This document shows positions 9,027 to 18,173 of a stretch of 64,000 bases of DNA, piece by piece. Each line of letters begins with the position of its first letter. The stretch's first letter is position 1. Origin of the DNA: Candidatus Lloydbacteria bacterium RIFCSPHIGHO2_02_FULL_50_18 (GTDB lineage: Bacteria; Patescibacteriota; Minisyncoccia; Phycocordibacterales; UBA6899); NCBI GenBank assembly GCA_001821395.1, contig MHLM01000006.1:1-64000 (forward strand). Reading direction: 5' to 3'. The position numbers were made by a program, and so were the translations under genes. The notes under the pieces are model-generated. The model did no database searches. It saw nothing but the letters and a program-made list of their open reading frames with translations, and was not told the origin of the DNA.

Positions 9027-11996
9027 CTAGTAATACTGCCTTATGTACTCATATGCTTTATCAAACAAAATATTATCTTTATGTAAGGCGTATTTATAGA
9101 GCGTCTTGCGAAGTGCCTGCTTGATCTCTCTCTCACCTGCTGCGGTACTCTGCCAACCCGGGAATCGTACAACTTTAACGATTCCATCTATGTCATTCAC
9201 TATGCGTTCTACTATTACAGGAGTTTGGTCAGTTTTGAGTTCAAGAAAAAGTTCGGAAAGAGCGGTCTTGGCACCATCTCTGCGTGTTTCTGTCTCAACT
9301 TCTTTTTCAGCCTGGACAGTTTCCTTCGCCAATTGAATAAGGTCTTTCAAAAACTCAATACTGTTAATTAGGCCCCGCTCAGCCTTATCCCTTAATTCCT
9401 CCAAGCGTTGACCAAGTGCGACAAAACGGGGGTCACCTTTGTGGCGAAGAAATCTCTTTGTAATCTCGATTTCAATTAGCTTAATTTTTTTCTTGTCAGT
9501 AGTGTGCATCAAATCCTCGATAACCTCTGCATCCAGAACTATTTCTTCGAGATGATCGTCAACTCCTTGGACGTGAATGTGTTCATGAATGAGTTTCATC
9601 GTCTGAGCACCAAGTGCATGCCAGAGAAGCCGACCTGTTTCTCCAGAGGGAGGGCGCACGGATTCATACACCTGCGATAACCATGTGTATTCATTCTGAA
9701 ATTTATTCAATATCGGATCTGGAGACAATGCTTCCCATATTTTACTTAAAACCGAGTAGTCCGCAGCATAGGCATCTCGTTTCTCGTCGGTATTTAAACA
9801 ATCCTGAGCTAGCAAAAGGCCTTCATAGCCCACCACAGATCGGTCGATGCCATGAAAATGACCGAGGCAAGTATTAACTGCTCCCTGAAGCTCATTTTTT
9901 AACTCGTTGAGATTTGTGATTACATACCGAACACTGGCATCGTCAAACTCGAGAGCTTTTGCAACATCATCGAATACGCCAAAATAATCCACGACTAATC
10001 CGTATGCCTTATCTTTATATACACGATTAGTGCGGCAAATGGCCTGTAGAAGGTTGTGATCTTTTAGCGCCTTGTCGAGATACATACACTGGAGAATCGG
10101 CGCATCAAACCCTGTAAGTAATTTAGCAGTAACGATCAAAAACTTAAGAGGATGCTCAGGATCCCGGAAGTTGTCGAGAAGTTTTTCCTGGTCTTCCTTG
10201 CTCATCTCATACTTCTGCTTAAGCATGGTGTCTGTTTCGCCCTTGCCGCCCGTTGAGATGACCACCGCACTTGCTTCCGGAGGTAAAATCTTATCAAGTT
10301 CTTGCTTATAGAGGTCACAGGCGTATCTGTCAGGAGTTACGATTTGGGCCTTAAAGCCCTGCGAATCAATTTTTTCTTGAAAATGTTTTACAACATCTTT
10401 AACGATTGTCTCAATGCGAGCAGGAGATTTAAGAAAAGCAGACATCTTTGCCGCTTCCTTTACCAAGCTCGTTCGATCGTCTTCTGAAAGATGTTCTGTC
10501 ATCTGGTCGAATTCAGCATCAATCAAGTCTCTGTCAACGTGAACATTCAATAGGCGCGGTTCGAAGTGCAGAGGGAGTGTTGCCTTGTCGCGAATTGAAT
10601 CCTGAAAAGTATATCGGGTCATGTAACCCTGATCATCTTCTTCGGCACCAAATGCCCAGAACGTGTTTCTTTCTGTTTTGTTGATAGGGGTACCAGTCAG
10701 ACCAAATAGGAATGCGTTCGGCAGGGCATCGCGCATTTTACGACCAAGATCACCCTCTTGTGTGCGATGAGCCTCATCTACCAAGACAATGATGTTTTCT
10801 CGTTCATTAAGCACGCCTCCAGCCTCAGCAAATTTAAAAATGGTAGTTATAATAATCTTTCTCGTATCCTTGTTTAAGAGATCGTGGAGTTCTGATCGTT
10901 TATCTGTTGACACAACATTTGGTATCTCTGTTGCGTTGAAAGTTCCTGTAATTTGAGTATCCAAATCGACTCGATCAACCACAACGAGAACGGTGGGGCT
11001 TTTTAATTCTTGAGATCGACGGAGCTTCTGCGCTGCAAATACCATCAATAGTGACTTACCAGATCCTTGAAAATGCCAAATGAGTCCCTTCTTCGGCCTA
11101 CCCGCCTTTACGCGCTCAATGATCAGGTTTGCGCCCTCCATCTGTTGGTAGCGGGCTATTATTTTTATCCGCTGCTTTCGCTTGTCTGTCGCAAAGAGCG
11201 TGAAGTTTTGAAGCAAGTCCAAAACAACTCCTGGATCAAGTGCTCCGGAAATCGCTTGTTTAATTTCAGAAAGACCCGCAATGGCACCTTTTGAGTCACG
11301 CCAAGGCCCCCACAACTCGAGCGGCATACGAATTGAGCCGTAACGGAATGTTTTACCCTCGGTTGCAAACGAAAACACATTTGGAACAAATAGTTGCGGG
11401 ATTGTATTTTCGTAATCGTCGTGAATATCGATCGCGCCGTCGAGCCAAGAAATAGAGGGGCGCACGGGTGTCTTAAATTCTCCCACGACGAGCGGAATTC
11501 CATTAACCAACATCACCAAATCGGGACGTTTCTCAGCCTTGCCTTGAACGGTGTACTGATTTGTGACAATGTATGTATTTTTCCCCAAGCTATCGAAATC
11601 AATAAAACTGATCGAAACGTGCTCATTATTTTCGCCAAACGGCATTGTCTTGTCACCACGGAGCCACGCAGAAAATTCTTCGTTCGCTCTAACGAGACCG
11701 GATGTTCCGACCGAGAGAAAGATCGCTCGTATTTTATATAAAACTTCGTCGGCTTTATTGGGGTCAGCTGCAATATCCGGATTAAGACGAATCAGAGCGT
11801 CTTTTAATAGCGACTCAACGATTGCATCTTTGGCTTCGCGCTTGAGTTGAGAGGAGGGAACGTATTGCCACTTCAAACCAGGGTGAAAAGCACTATCTGG
11901 GGCAAGATAGTTTGAATCCTGCATAAGCTCCGGGCTTATGCCGGTAAGTTCGTTCAAGATAAAGTGTTCGGTTGTATTTATTTCGTTAAATTTCAT
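9027..11996 (-). CDS. hsdR: Type I restriction enzyme R subunit
   Basis: 989 aa; SF2 helicase motif I FQGSGKS and DEAH box VLVDEAHRTQ; position after hsdS. Confidence 0.9.
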   Translation of the reverse strand: MKFNEINTTEHFILNELTGISPELMQDSNYLAPDSAFHPGLKWQYVPSSQLKREAKDAIVESLLKDALIRLNPDIAADPNKADEVLYKIRAIFLSVGTSGLVRANEEFSAWLRGDKTMPFGENNEHVSISFIDFDSLGKNTYIVTNQYTVQGKAEKRPDLVMLVNGIPLVVGEFKTPVRPSISWLDGAIDIHDDYENTIPQLFVPNVFSFATEGKTFRYGSIRMPLELWGPWRDSKGAIAGLSEIKQAISGALDPGVVLDLLQNFTLFATDKRKQRIKIIARYQQMEGANLIIERVKAGRPKKGLIWHFQGSGKSLLMVFAAQKLRRSQELKSPTVLVVVDRVDLDTQITGTFNATEIPNVVSTDKRSELHDLLNKDTRKIIITTIFKFAEAGGVLNERENIIVLVDEAHRTQEGDLGRKMRDALPNAFLFGLTGTPINKTERNTFWAFGAEEDDQGYMTRYTFQDSIRDKATLPLHFEPRLLNVHVDRDLIDAEFDQMTEHLSEDDRTSLVKEAAKMSAFLKSPARIETIVKDVVKHFQEKIDSQGFKAQIVTPDRYACDLYKQELDKILPPEASAVVISTGGKGETDTMLKQKYEMSKEDQEKLLDNFRDPEHPLKFLIVTAKLLTGFDAPILQCMYLDKALKDHNLLQAICRTNRVYKDKAYGLVVDYFGVFDDVAKALEFDDASVRYVITNLNELKNELQGAVNTCLGHFHGIDRSVVGYEGLLLAQDCLNTDEKRDAYAADYSVLSKIWEALSPDPILNKFQNEYTWLSQVYESVRPPSGETGRLLWHALGAQTMKLIHEHIHVQGVDDHLEEIVLDAEVIEDLMHTTDKKKIKLIEIEITKRFLRHKGDPRFVALGQRLEELRDKAERGLINSIEFLKDLIQLAKETVQAEKEVETETRRDGAKTALSELFLELKTDQTPVIVERIVNDIDGIVKVVRFPGWQSTAAGEREIKQALRKTLYKYALHKDNILFDKAYEYIRQYY

Positions 11997-13138
11997 GTAA
12001 TTACTTGAGTGAGGATTGCGTTTCGCATCGCCCTCGTTAGTTCGATAGAATTTTGCAACTGCTTCTTGATCTCCGTAAGTTGAGCAAGGTTCCTGAGAAT
12101 ATCTTTTTGCTTCTCGAGAGTAGGAACATAGATTTTATACTCGGAAACAATCTTATGAGATATGCGAGGCATCTTTGTCCCAAACCCCAGGGAAACAGCA
12201 TAGTGAATGAAACCATCAGAGTGTAGGTGGTGGAGAACGTATTCAATGTCTATATCAGGCGTTGCATCATACACAAGCAATTCCGTTGTACAGACTCCAT
12301 CAAATGATGGAATAACAGCCTTATCCAAATTGGGGCGTAGCTTGCTATAGAGCAATTGCCCGCTTTTGAAGACGTTGCAAGAGGACTGTGATTGTTGAGC
12401 GTCGCCATAAGCATCTACATTAAACGACCCTGGTTCAATATGCTCCAAACCTAAGTATTTCTCAAGTTTGTGTGGCGGAGCACTCTTCATCTTTGAAAGT
12501 TTTAAACATTCGCCTAGTTTTTTCCTGTCTAGTTTATTCTTAGTGAGTTCAGCAAAAATTGTCTTGAGTGTCAAATTTATTTTGTCCGCCGCGATTCTGT
12601 ATTTCTCTTCCAATTGATCTGACGCTATCAAAAGACCCAGTATTTTCTTCTGTACCTGACGGGGTGGCAGAAGAAATTTCTGTTGCGCAAGAATTTTCCA
12701 TTTAATGGTCGGTGAAAGTGAGCCTTCAGAGATATCTATCGCCCGATTCATAAATGCGTCAGAATGCATAAAGAATGGAAGAAAATCTGGTTCAATATGG
12801 GATGAATCTGCGCGGACGACCATCGCATGTGCGGAGCAAATTCCATCAAACTCTGCTATGGAGGCTTTTCTCTGGTATGCACGCCGTTTCCCAAAGATTA
12901 TGTCCCCTTTATATACACGAAGCTTGACGCCTTTTACATCAGACGGCACGCCGAATCGACGGATGTGAATAGAGTCGGAATCTAGATGTTCAAGACCAAC
13001 ATAAATATCGGCATCGGAACTGTTCGGGTCAACCCTTTCAGAGATATTCTTCGCTATATCACCAAACTTAGCCAACTCCCAATCGGAGCGGTTATGTTTA
13101 ACGAAAATATTTTCAGCTTGTTTATTAAGAGTTTTCAT
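11993..13138 (-). CDS. hsdS: Type I RM specificity subunit
   Basis: 381 aa with two TRD-like halves and conserved central/C-terminal repeats; operon position. Confidence 0.8.
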   Translation of the reverse strand: MKTLNKQAENIFVKHNRSDWELAKFGDIAKNISERVDPNSSDADIYVGLEHLDSDSIHIRRFGVPSDVKGVKLRVYKGDIIFGKRRAYQRKASIAEFDGICSAHAMVVRADSSHIEPDFLPFFMHSDAFMNRAIDISEGSLSPTIKWKILAQQKFLLPPRQVQKKILGLLIASDQLEEKYRIAADKINLTLKTIFAELTKNKLDRKKLGECLKLSKMKSAPPHKLEKYLGLEHIEPGSFNVDAYGDAQQSQSSCNVFKSGQLLYSKLRPNLDKAVIPSFDGVCTTELLVYDATPDIDIEYVLHHLHSDGFIHYAVSLGFGTKMPRISHKIVSEYKIYVPTLEKQKDILRNLAQLTEIKKQLQNSIELTRAMRNAILTQVIT

Positions 13139-14612
13139 ATGTTTTTTTGTCTAACATCTCTAAGAGAGATCGGGATCCCCTTTTTAGGTCAGAACTATTC
13201 TGAGACCATTCCTCTACTACCACTCGGAGTCCTTTTTCTTTAATACCATTCCCTTGAGTAGATATGTAGAGCGGAATATTAAGATTTGCGTTATTGTTGA
13301 GGATATTTTGATTGTCGATCACTTTCGTAAAATTTGGTATATCAATAAATTCCTTAAATGCTGCATGAATTCTTTCAACATGTGGATCTTCAAGAAAAGA
13401 AAAAGCATTCTGCCGCGTTACTTCTTTAACAGCATTTATAAAAAGTACTCTACCTTTTCGTTCTTTAGGTTTGTCCCAACGGCAAACCAACAAGCAGGCC
13501 TCCATGGGTGAGTTGTAAAATAGATTTGGGCCCAAACCGATGACTGCTTCGATTACGTCATCCTTTAGCATTTTTTCTCTGAACTCCCGCTCAGAATCAC
13601 GAAAGAGAACCCCGTGAGGCCAAAGGACAATGCTCCGGCCGTTTTTCTTGTCTAGGCTTTTGAGAATATGCTGCTCAAAAGCATAGTCTGCACATCCTTG
13701 TGGAGGGGTGCCGTAAATGTTTCTCCCGTAAGGATCATTCGTCCACGCATCTCGATTCCACCTCTTAACTGAATACGGCGGGTTCGCAAGGATGACGTCG
13801 AAGGTTTTAAGTTTGTCGTCCTCCAAAAACTTTGGGCTAGACAATGTGTCTCCACGCTCAATATGAAAGTCCTCGATTCCATGAAGAAACATGTTCATTC
13901 GCGCGATGGAGGATGTCATCAGATTCAACTCTTGCCCATAGAGCTTAAGCGTTCGGTATTCTTTACTCTGGTCCTTAAGTTGGTTTACGCAGTTCAGTAA
14001 TAACCCACCAGAACCACAAGTTGGATCGTATACGCTCTCACCTGGCTGGGGGTTCATTATCAAGCTCATTAAACGAACGACCGTACGATTGGTGTAGAAC
14101 TCAGCAGCTGTATGCCCACTATCATCTGCAAACTTCTTGATAAGGAATTCATATGCATTACCAAGTTCGTCATTGGGAACATTGGCAATGCTTAGGTCTT
14201 GTTCAGAAAAATGTTCGAGTAGGTCTATTAGAATCTCGTCAGATAGACGACTCTTGTTTGTCCAAGAGGCGTCGCCAAAAATACCGAATAAACGATCCTC
14301 GTTCGTCTTTTCAATTTTGCGGAGCGCCTTCTGTAGGGCATCCCCCACATTAACCGTCACCTGTCGAACATCATTCCAGTGTGCCCCTTTGGGAATTTGG
14401 AATCTATGATTTTCATCAAATTTTGCATATTCTTTGTCGCCCCCCGATTCATTGAGTGCCCGCTCGTATTCTTCTTTGTAGACATCACAGATGCGCTTAT
14501 AAAATAATAAGGGGAAAATATATTGCTTGTAGTCTCCAGCATCAATGACACCACGAAGAAGTGTCGCCGCTCCCCAAAGATATCTTTCCAGTTCTTGTTT
14601 TTTAATAGCCAT
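13125..14612 (-). CDS. hsdM: Type I RM N6-adenine methyltransferase subunit (paralog 1)
   Basis: 495 aa; VYDPTCGSGGLLL (motif I) and ILANPPYS (motif IV). Confidence 0.9.
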   Translation of the reverse strand: MAIKKQELERYLWGAATLLRGVIDAGDYKQYIFPLLFYKRICDVYKEEYERALNESGGDKEYAKFDENHRFQIPKGAHWNDVRQVTVNVGDALQKALRKIEKTNEDRLFGIFGDASWTNKSRLSDEILIDLLEHFSEQDLSIANVPNDELGNAYEFLIKKFADDSGHTAAEFYTNRTVVRLMSLIMNPQPGESVYDPTCGSGGLLLNCVNQLKDQSKEYRTLKLYGQELNLMTSSIARMNMFLHGIEDFHIERGDTLSSPKFLEDDKLKTFDVILANPPYSVKRWNRDAWTNDPYGRNIYGTPPQGCADYAFEQHILKSLDKKNGRSIVLWPHGVLFRDSEREFREKMLKDDVIEAVIGLGPNLFYNSPMEACLLVCRWDKPKERKGRVLFINAVKEVTRQNAFSFLEDPHVERIHAAFKEFIDIPNFTKVIDNQNILNNNANLNIPLYISTQGNGIKEKGLRVVVEEWSQNSSDLKRGSRSLLEMLDKKTYENS

Positions 14613-14613
14613 A

Positions 14614-16101
14614 CTATTTTGATATCAGAGAAAACCCATCTAAGAGTCTTTTGAGTTCTGTCTCAGCCTCCCATACCTCCTCGAGAGAATTCTTCAACTC
14701 TTTCGTGGCCTCTTCTACTGACGGGAGTGTCTTACCTGAAATCTTTTCAATATAAAGAGAAATATTTAGGCTCCAATCATTTGCCGCAATGTCTTTGAGG
14801 GTTGCCACCACGGCGTGGTCTTTAACACCCTTGAACGCAGAGTACCAGTCGAAAATCTGATCAACATGCCTCTGCTCAAGATAATTTTGAGCACGATCCA
14901 CGCGCACCTGGTCTGATGCGTCTATAAACAAAACCTTACCTTCTTTGTTGTCAGGCTTATTAGCACGAAATACTAAAATGCATGCGGCAACTGTTGCTCC
15001 ATAGAAGATATTAGGCCCAAGTCCTATCACTGCTTCAAGCGCATCTGTCTCTATTATTTTCTTTCTTATTTGTCCTTCTCGACCCTTGCGAAATAGTGCG
15101 CCATGAGGAAGAACCACGGCTATGCGTCCGCGAGGATAAGACATGGATTTGATCATGTGTTGCACCCACGCGTAATCTCCATAACCAGCTGGTGGTACCC
15201 CTGCAAAATTTCTACCGTATGGGTCCTGAATCCAAAGGTCATCACCCCACTTCTTTAGGGAGAAGGGTGGATTAGCAATAACGCAATCAAAGGTCGAAAG
15301 TTGATCGCCTTCATAGTATGCGGGACTTCGTAATGTATCTCCACGCTGAATTTGGAAGTCCTGAACATCGTGGAGGAACATGTTCATGCGAGCAATGGAT
15401 GAAGTGGTGAGGTTTTTTTCCTGTCCAAATATTTTTAGAGTGCGGGCGTCCTTACCATGAGAGCGTAGGTGCTCAACACAATTGAGTAGCATGCCTCCCG
15501 TACCACAGGCTGGGTCATATACAGTCTCACCTTCTTTTGGATCAATTATACGGCCCATGAGCTGAACAACTGTTCTCGGTGTATAAAACTCCCCCGCTTT
15601 CTTGTTTGTTAAATCAGCAAACTTTTTTATGAGGTATTCGTATGCCTGACCGAGCATGTCGAGGTCGACCGTTCCGTTTGCCAGCTTGTATTCAGAAAAA
15701 TGTTCAATAAGTTCCACCAATAAGCTGTCGGGCAACTTCTCCTTGTTGGTCCATTGTGCATCTCCAAAGATCCCATACAGAAAATCAGGATTGGCTTTTT
15801 CAATTTCACGAAATGCATACTGAAGCTTTGCTCCAACATTCTTTGTGGTGGCGCGCACATCTGCCCAATGACATCCATCAGGAATTATAAATCTATGGAA
15901 TTCTGGCAAAACTGCGTAACCCTCATCGCCCTTAGATTCTTCTAATAGCTTTTTATATTCATCATCATAAACATCTGAAAGTCGTTTAAAAAACAGGAGT
16001 GGAAAAACATATACCTTAAAATCAGCAGCATCAACTGGCCCCTTGAGTATCCATGCGGCTTGAGCGAGATGTTGTTCGAGTTGTGGGAGTGTCAATTTCA
16101 T
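14614..16101 (-). CDS. hsdM: Type I RM N6-adenine methyltransferase subunit (paralog 2, roughly 50% identical to paralog 1)
   Basis: 495 aa; VYDPACGTGGMLL and IANPPFS; collinear with paralog 1. Confidence 0.9.
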   Translation of the reverse strand: MKLTLPQLEQHLAQAAWILKGPVDAADFKVYVFPLLFFKRLSDVYDDEYKKLLEESKGDEGYAVLPEFHRFIIPDGCHWADVRATTKNVGAKLQYAFREIEKANPDFLYGIFGDAQWTNKEKLPDSLLVELIEHFSEYKLANGTVDLDMLGQAYEYLIKKFADLTNKKAGEFYTPRTVVQLMGRIIDPKEGETVYDPACGTGGMLLNCVEHLRSHGKDARTLKIFGQEKNLTTSSIARMNMFLHDVQDFQIQRGDTLRSPAYYEGDQLSTFDCVIANPPFSLKKWGDDLWIQDPYGRNFAGVPPAGYGDYAWVQHMIKSMSYPRGRIAVVLPHGALFRKGREGQIRKKIIETDALEAVIGLGPNIFYGATVAACILVFRANKPDNKEGKVLFIDASDQVRVDRAQNYLEQRHVDQIFDWYSAFKGVKDHAVVATLKDIAANDWSLNISLYIEKISGKTLPSVEEATKELKNSLEEVWEAETELKRLLDGFSLISK

Positions 16102-16331
16102 TTTGGTGACGATGTCAGCTTTTCAACGGTAGTCCCCAGAGCTGTGGCAATTTTTACCATCGTTGCCACTCGGGGATCAGGAGTGAGTCCGCTCTCAATC
16201 TTCGCAATGGTGTGATAATCAAGGCCGGTTTTCGTAACCAGCTTGCTCTTAGACAATCGCTTTTCATTTCTAATTTTTCTCAAGTTTCCTGCGATATTTG
16301 AGAATTTTTTTGGGTGAGATTTCTTTTTCAT
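16098..16331 (-). CDS. XRE-family HTH protein; candidate controller (C) protein of the RM operon
   Basis: 77 aa HTH_3-like (LSKSKLVTKTGLDYHTIAKIESG); 4-bp overlap with hsdM. Confidence 0.7.
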   Translation of the reverse strand: MKKKSHPKKFSNIAGNLRKIRNEKRLSKSKLVTKTGLDYHTIAKIESGLTPDPRVATMVKIATALGTTVEKLTSSPK

Positions 16332-16488
16332 ACGACAACCTTGCTTAGCATAATTATACCAAATTTATTGAGTTTTTGCTGCAATAAAAAGTGGATAAAA
16401 ATAGGGCTATTTGAGGGATGGTTACCAACAGCTTACCAACTGACCCTCCCTGGACTCCCTGGGAGGGTTGCGTCATCAATTGGTGTGT

Positions 16489-17844
16489 ATGAAAAATACA
16501 AACCCGCTAGAGGGCTCTGACGAGCCGAAAATTAAGTACTGTTTATACGCTAGAAAATCGAGCGAATCGGACGAGCAGCAAGCCCTTTCGATCGACTCCC
16601 AAGCCAAGGAGATGCTCCAGCTGGCGCAACGAGAGGGGCTTGATGTGGTCGACATCAAGCGCGAGTCGCACTCCGCAAAAAGCACCGGGCAACGCCCGGT
16701 CTTCAATGAGCTGATCAGCGACCTCAAGGAGGGCAAGTTTAATGCCATTCTCGCATGGCATCCGGATCGCTTAAGCAGAAATGCAGGCGACCTCGGTGCT
16801 ATCGTCGACCTGATGGACGAGCACCGACTTATCGAAGTGAGAACCTTTGGTCAAAAGTTTACAAATAGTCCAAGCGAGAAGTTTCTACTCATGATTCTAT
16901 GCTCGCAAGCAAAGCTTGAGAACGACAACAAGGGCGTGAACGTGAAGCGGGGGCTACGAGCAAAAGTTGAGATGGGACTATGGCCATGCGTTGCACCGAC
17001 CGGATACATCAACGACCGCATGCCTGGGCGTGCAGGATATGTGCTCGTCGACCCGGTGCGTGCTCCGATTATCAAGCAAATATTTGAAAAGGTCGGCAAT
17101 GACCGATGGAGCGCTAGGACGGTTTATAAATGGATGGTCAAAGAAGGAAAGTTCAATAGCGTGAGAAAAGGAAATAAGGCACTCACCCTGAGCACAATCT
17201 ATCGACTTCTGCATCAGCCTTTCTATTCGGGAACATTCGAGTACCCCACCGGGAGCGGTAACTGGTACAAAGGTCAACATGAGCCACTCGTTTCCAAGGA
17301 ACTCTTCGAGAAGGTGCAGCAAAAAATAGCGGAGGAGTTGAAGTCAAAGAAACAATATCAAGAATTCACCTTCACGAACCTTATGCTCTGCGGATACTGT
17401 GGGTCAGGTATTACCGCACAATCAAAAGACAAAAATCTCAAAGATGGGAGCGTCAAAAGTTACACCTACTACAACTGCACGCACAACAAGGATCACTTCT
17501 GCAAAAACCCGTTCATTCGCGAAGAAGAACTTCTCAAACAGATCGATGAGATCTTCGACAAGATCGATATCGACGAACTTGGAACACGGCATATCATTGA
17601 AAGAGAGGTTGCGCGATACAACAACATTCGGGCAAAACTCCTCGGCGCAAAAGAAAATGACAAAGCACTCGACGTCGACGTGCGAAACTATGCCAAGTAC
17701 ATGCTCAAAGAAGGCACGATGCTCGAAAAACGCGAACTCCTAGGGTGCCTAAAAAATAGAATTATTCTGAAGGATAAAACGATAACGCTTGAAAAAAGTT
17801 TGCAAATTAATGACTTAACGCCACAAACACAGATAGCACGCTGA
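16489..17844 (+). CDS. Large serine recombinase (resolvase domain, recombinase domain and zinc ribbon)
   Basis: YARKSSESDEQQALSIDSQ catalytic Ser region; C-terminal CGYCGS..YYNCTH; an alternative TTG start exists at 16468. Confidence 0.85.
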   Translation: MKNTNPLEGSDEPKIKYCLYARKSSESDEQQALSIDSQAKEMLQLAQREGLDVVDIKRESHSAKSTGQRPVFNELISDLKEGKFNAILAWHPDRLSRNAGDLGAIVDLMDEHRLIEVRTFGQKFTNSPSEKFLLMILCSQAKLENDNKGVNVKRGLRAKVEMGLWPCVAPTGYINDRMPGRAGYVLVDPVRAPIIKQIFEKVGNDRWSARTVYKWMVKEGKFNSVRKGNKALTLSTIYRLLHQPFYSGTFEYPTGSGNWYKGQHEPLVSKELFEKVQQKIAEELKSKKQYQEFTFTNLMLCGYCGSGITAQSKDKNLKDGSVKSYTYYNCTHNKDHFCKNPFIREEELLKQIDEIFDKIDIDELGTRHIIEREVARYNNIRAKLLGAKENDKALDVDVRNYAKYMLKEGTMLEKRELLGCLKNRIILKDKTITLEKSLQINDLTPQTQIAR

Positions 17845-18172
17845 GGATGACGAGTATCTTCACCCCACCTCCATACACAATCCAAGTAAATAATTTTTTT
17901 GCAGCAAGCATAACTATTCCGAGCACCAGAATGGAAACTCCAACGCCCGTGAGTGGGTCGTGCAATCCTTTCATAGGAGCATGAGTCCAAACAAAAAATA
18001 TACCTACGACAACCATAAGCCGCGCAATTATGTTAAACCAGCTTATGGAATCTTCGTGGCCAAAAGGAGCACCTCCTATGCCAACTTTCTTAGCAAAGAA
18101 GACACGAGTTACTGCTCCGGCAACACTTGCGATAACACGAATTACTAACTGTTGGAAAAAACTCCCATCCAT
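17807..18172 (-). CDS. Small four-TM membrane protein, last gene of the Ubl/E1 operon (candidate effector)
   Basis: 121 aa with four hydrophobic helices; 1-nt gap after the JAB-E1 stop; convergent 38-nt overlap with the recombinase 3' end. Confidence 0.5.
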   Translation of the reverse strand: MDGSFFQQLVIRVIASVAGAVTRVFFAKKVGIGGAPFGHEDSISWFNIIARLMVVVGIFFVWTHAPMKGLHDPLTGVGVSILVLGIVMLAAKKLFTWIVYGGGVKILVILSVLSVFVALSH

Positions 18173-18173
18173 A

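Noticed and set aside
16468-16488. TTG start at 16468 for the serine recombinase
   Set aside because: The ATG at 16489 is preferred. A GGGAGG element adjoins the TTG too closely to act as a Shine-Dalgarno. Either start remains possible.
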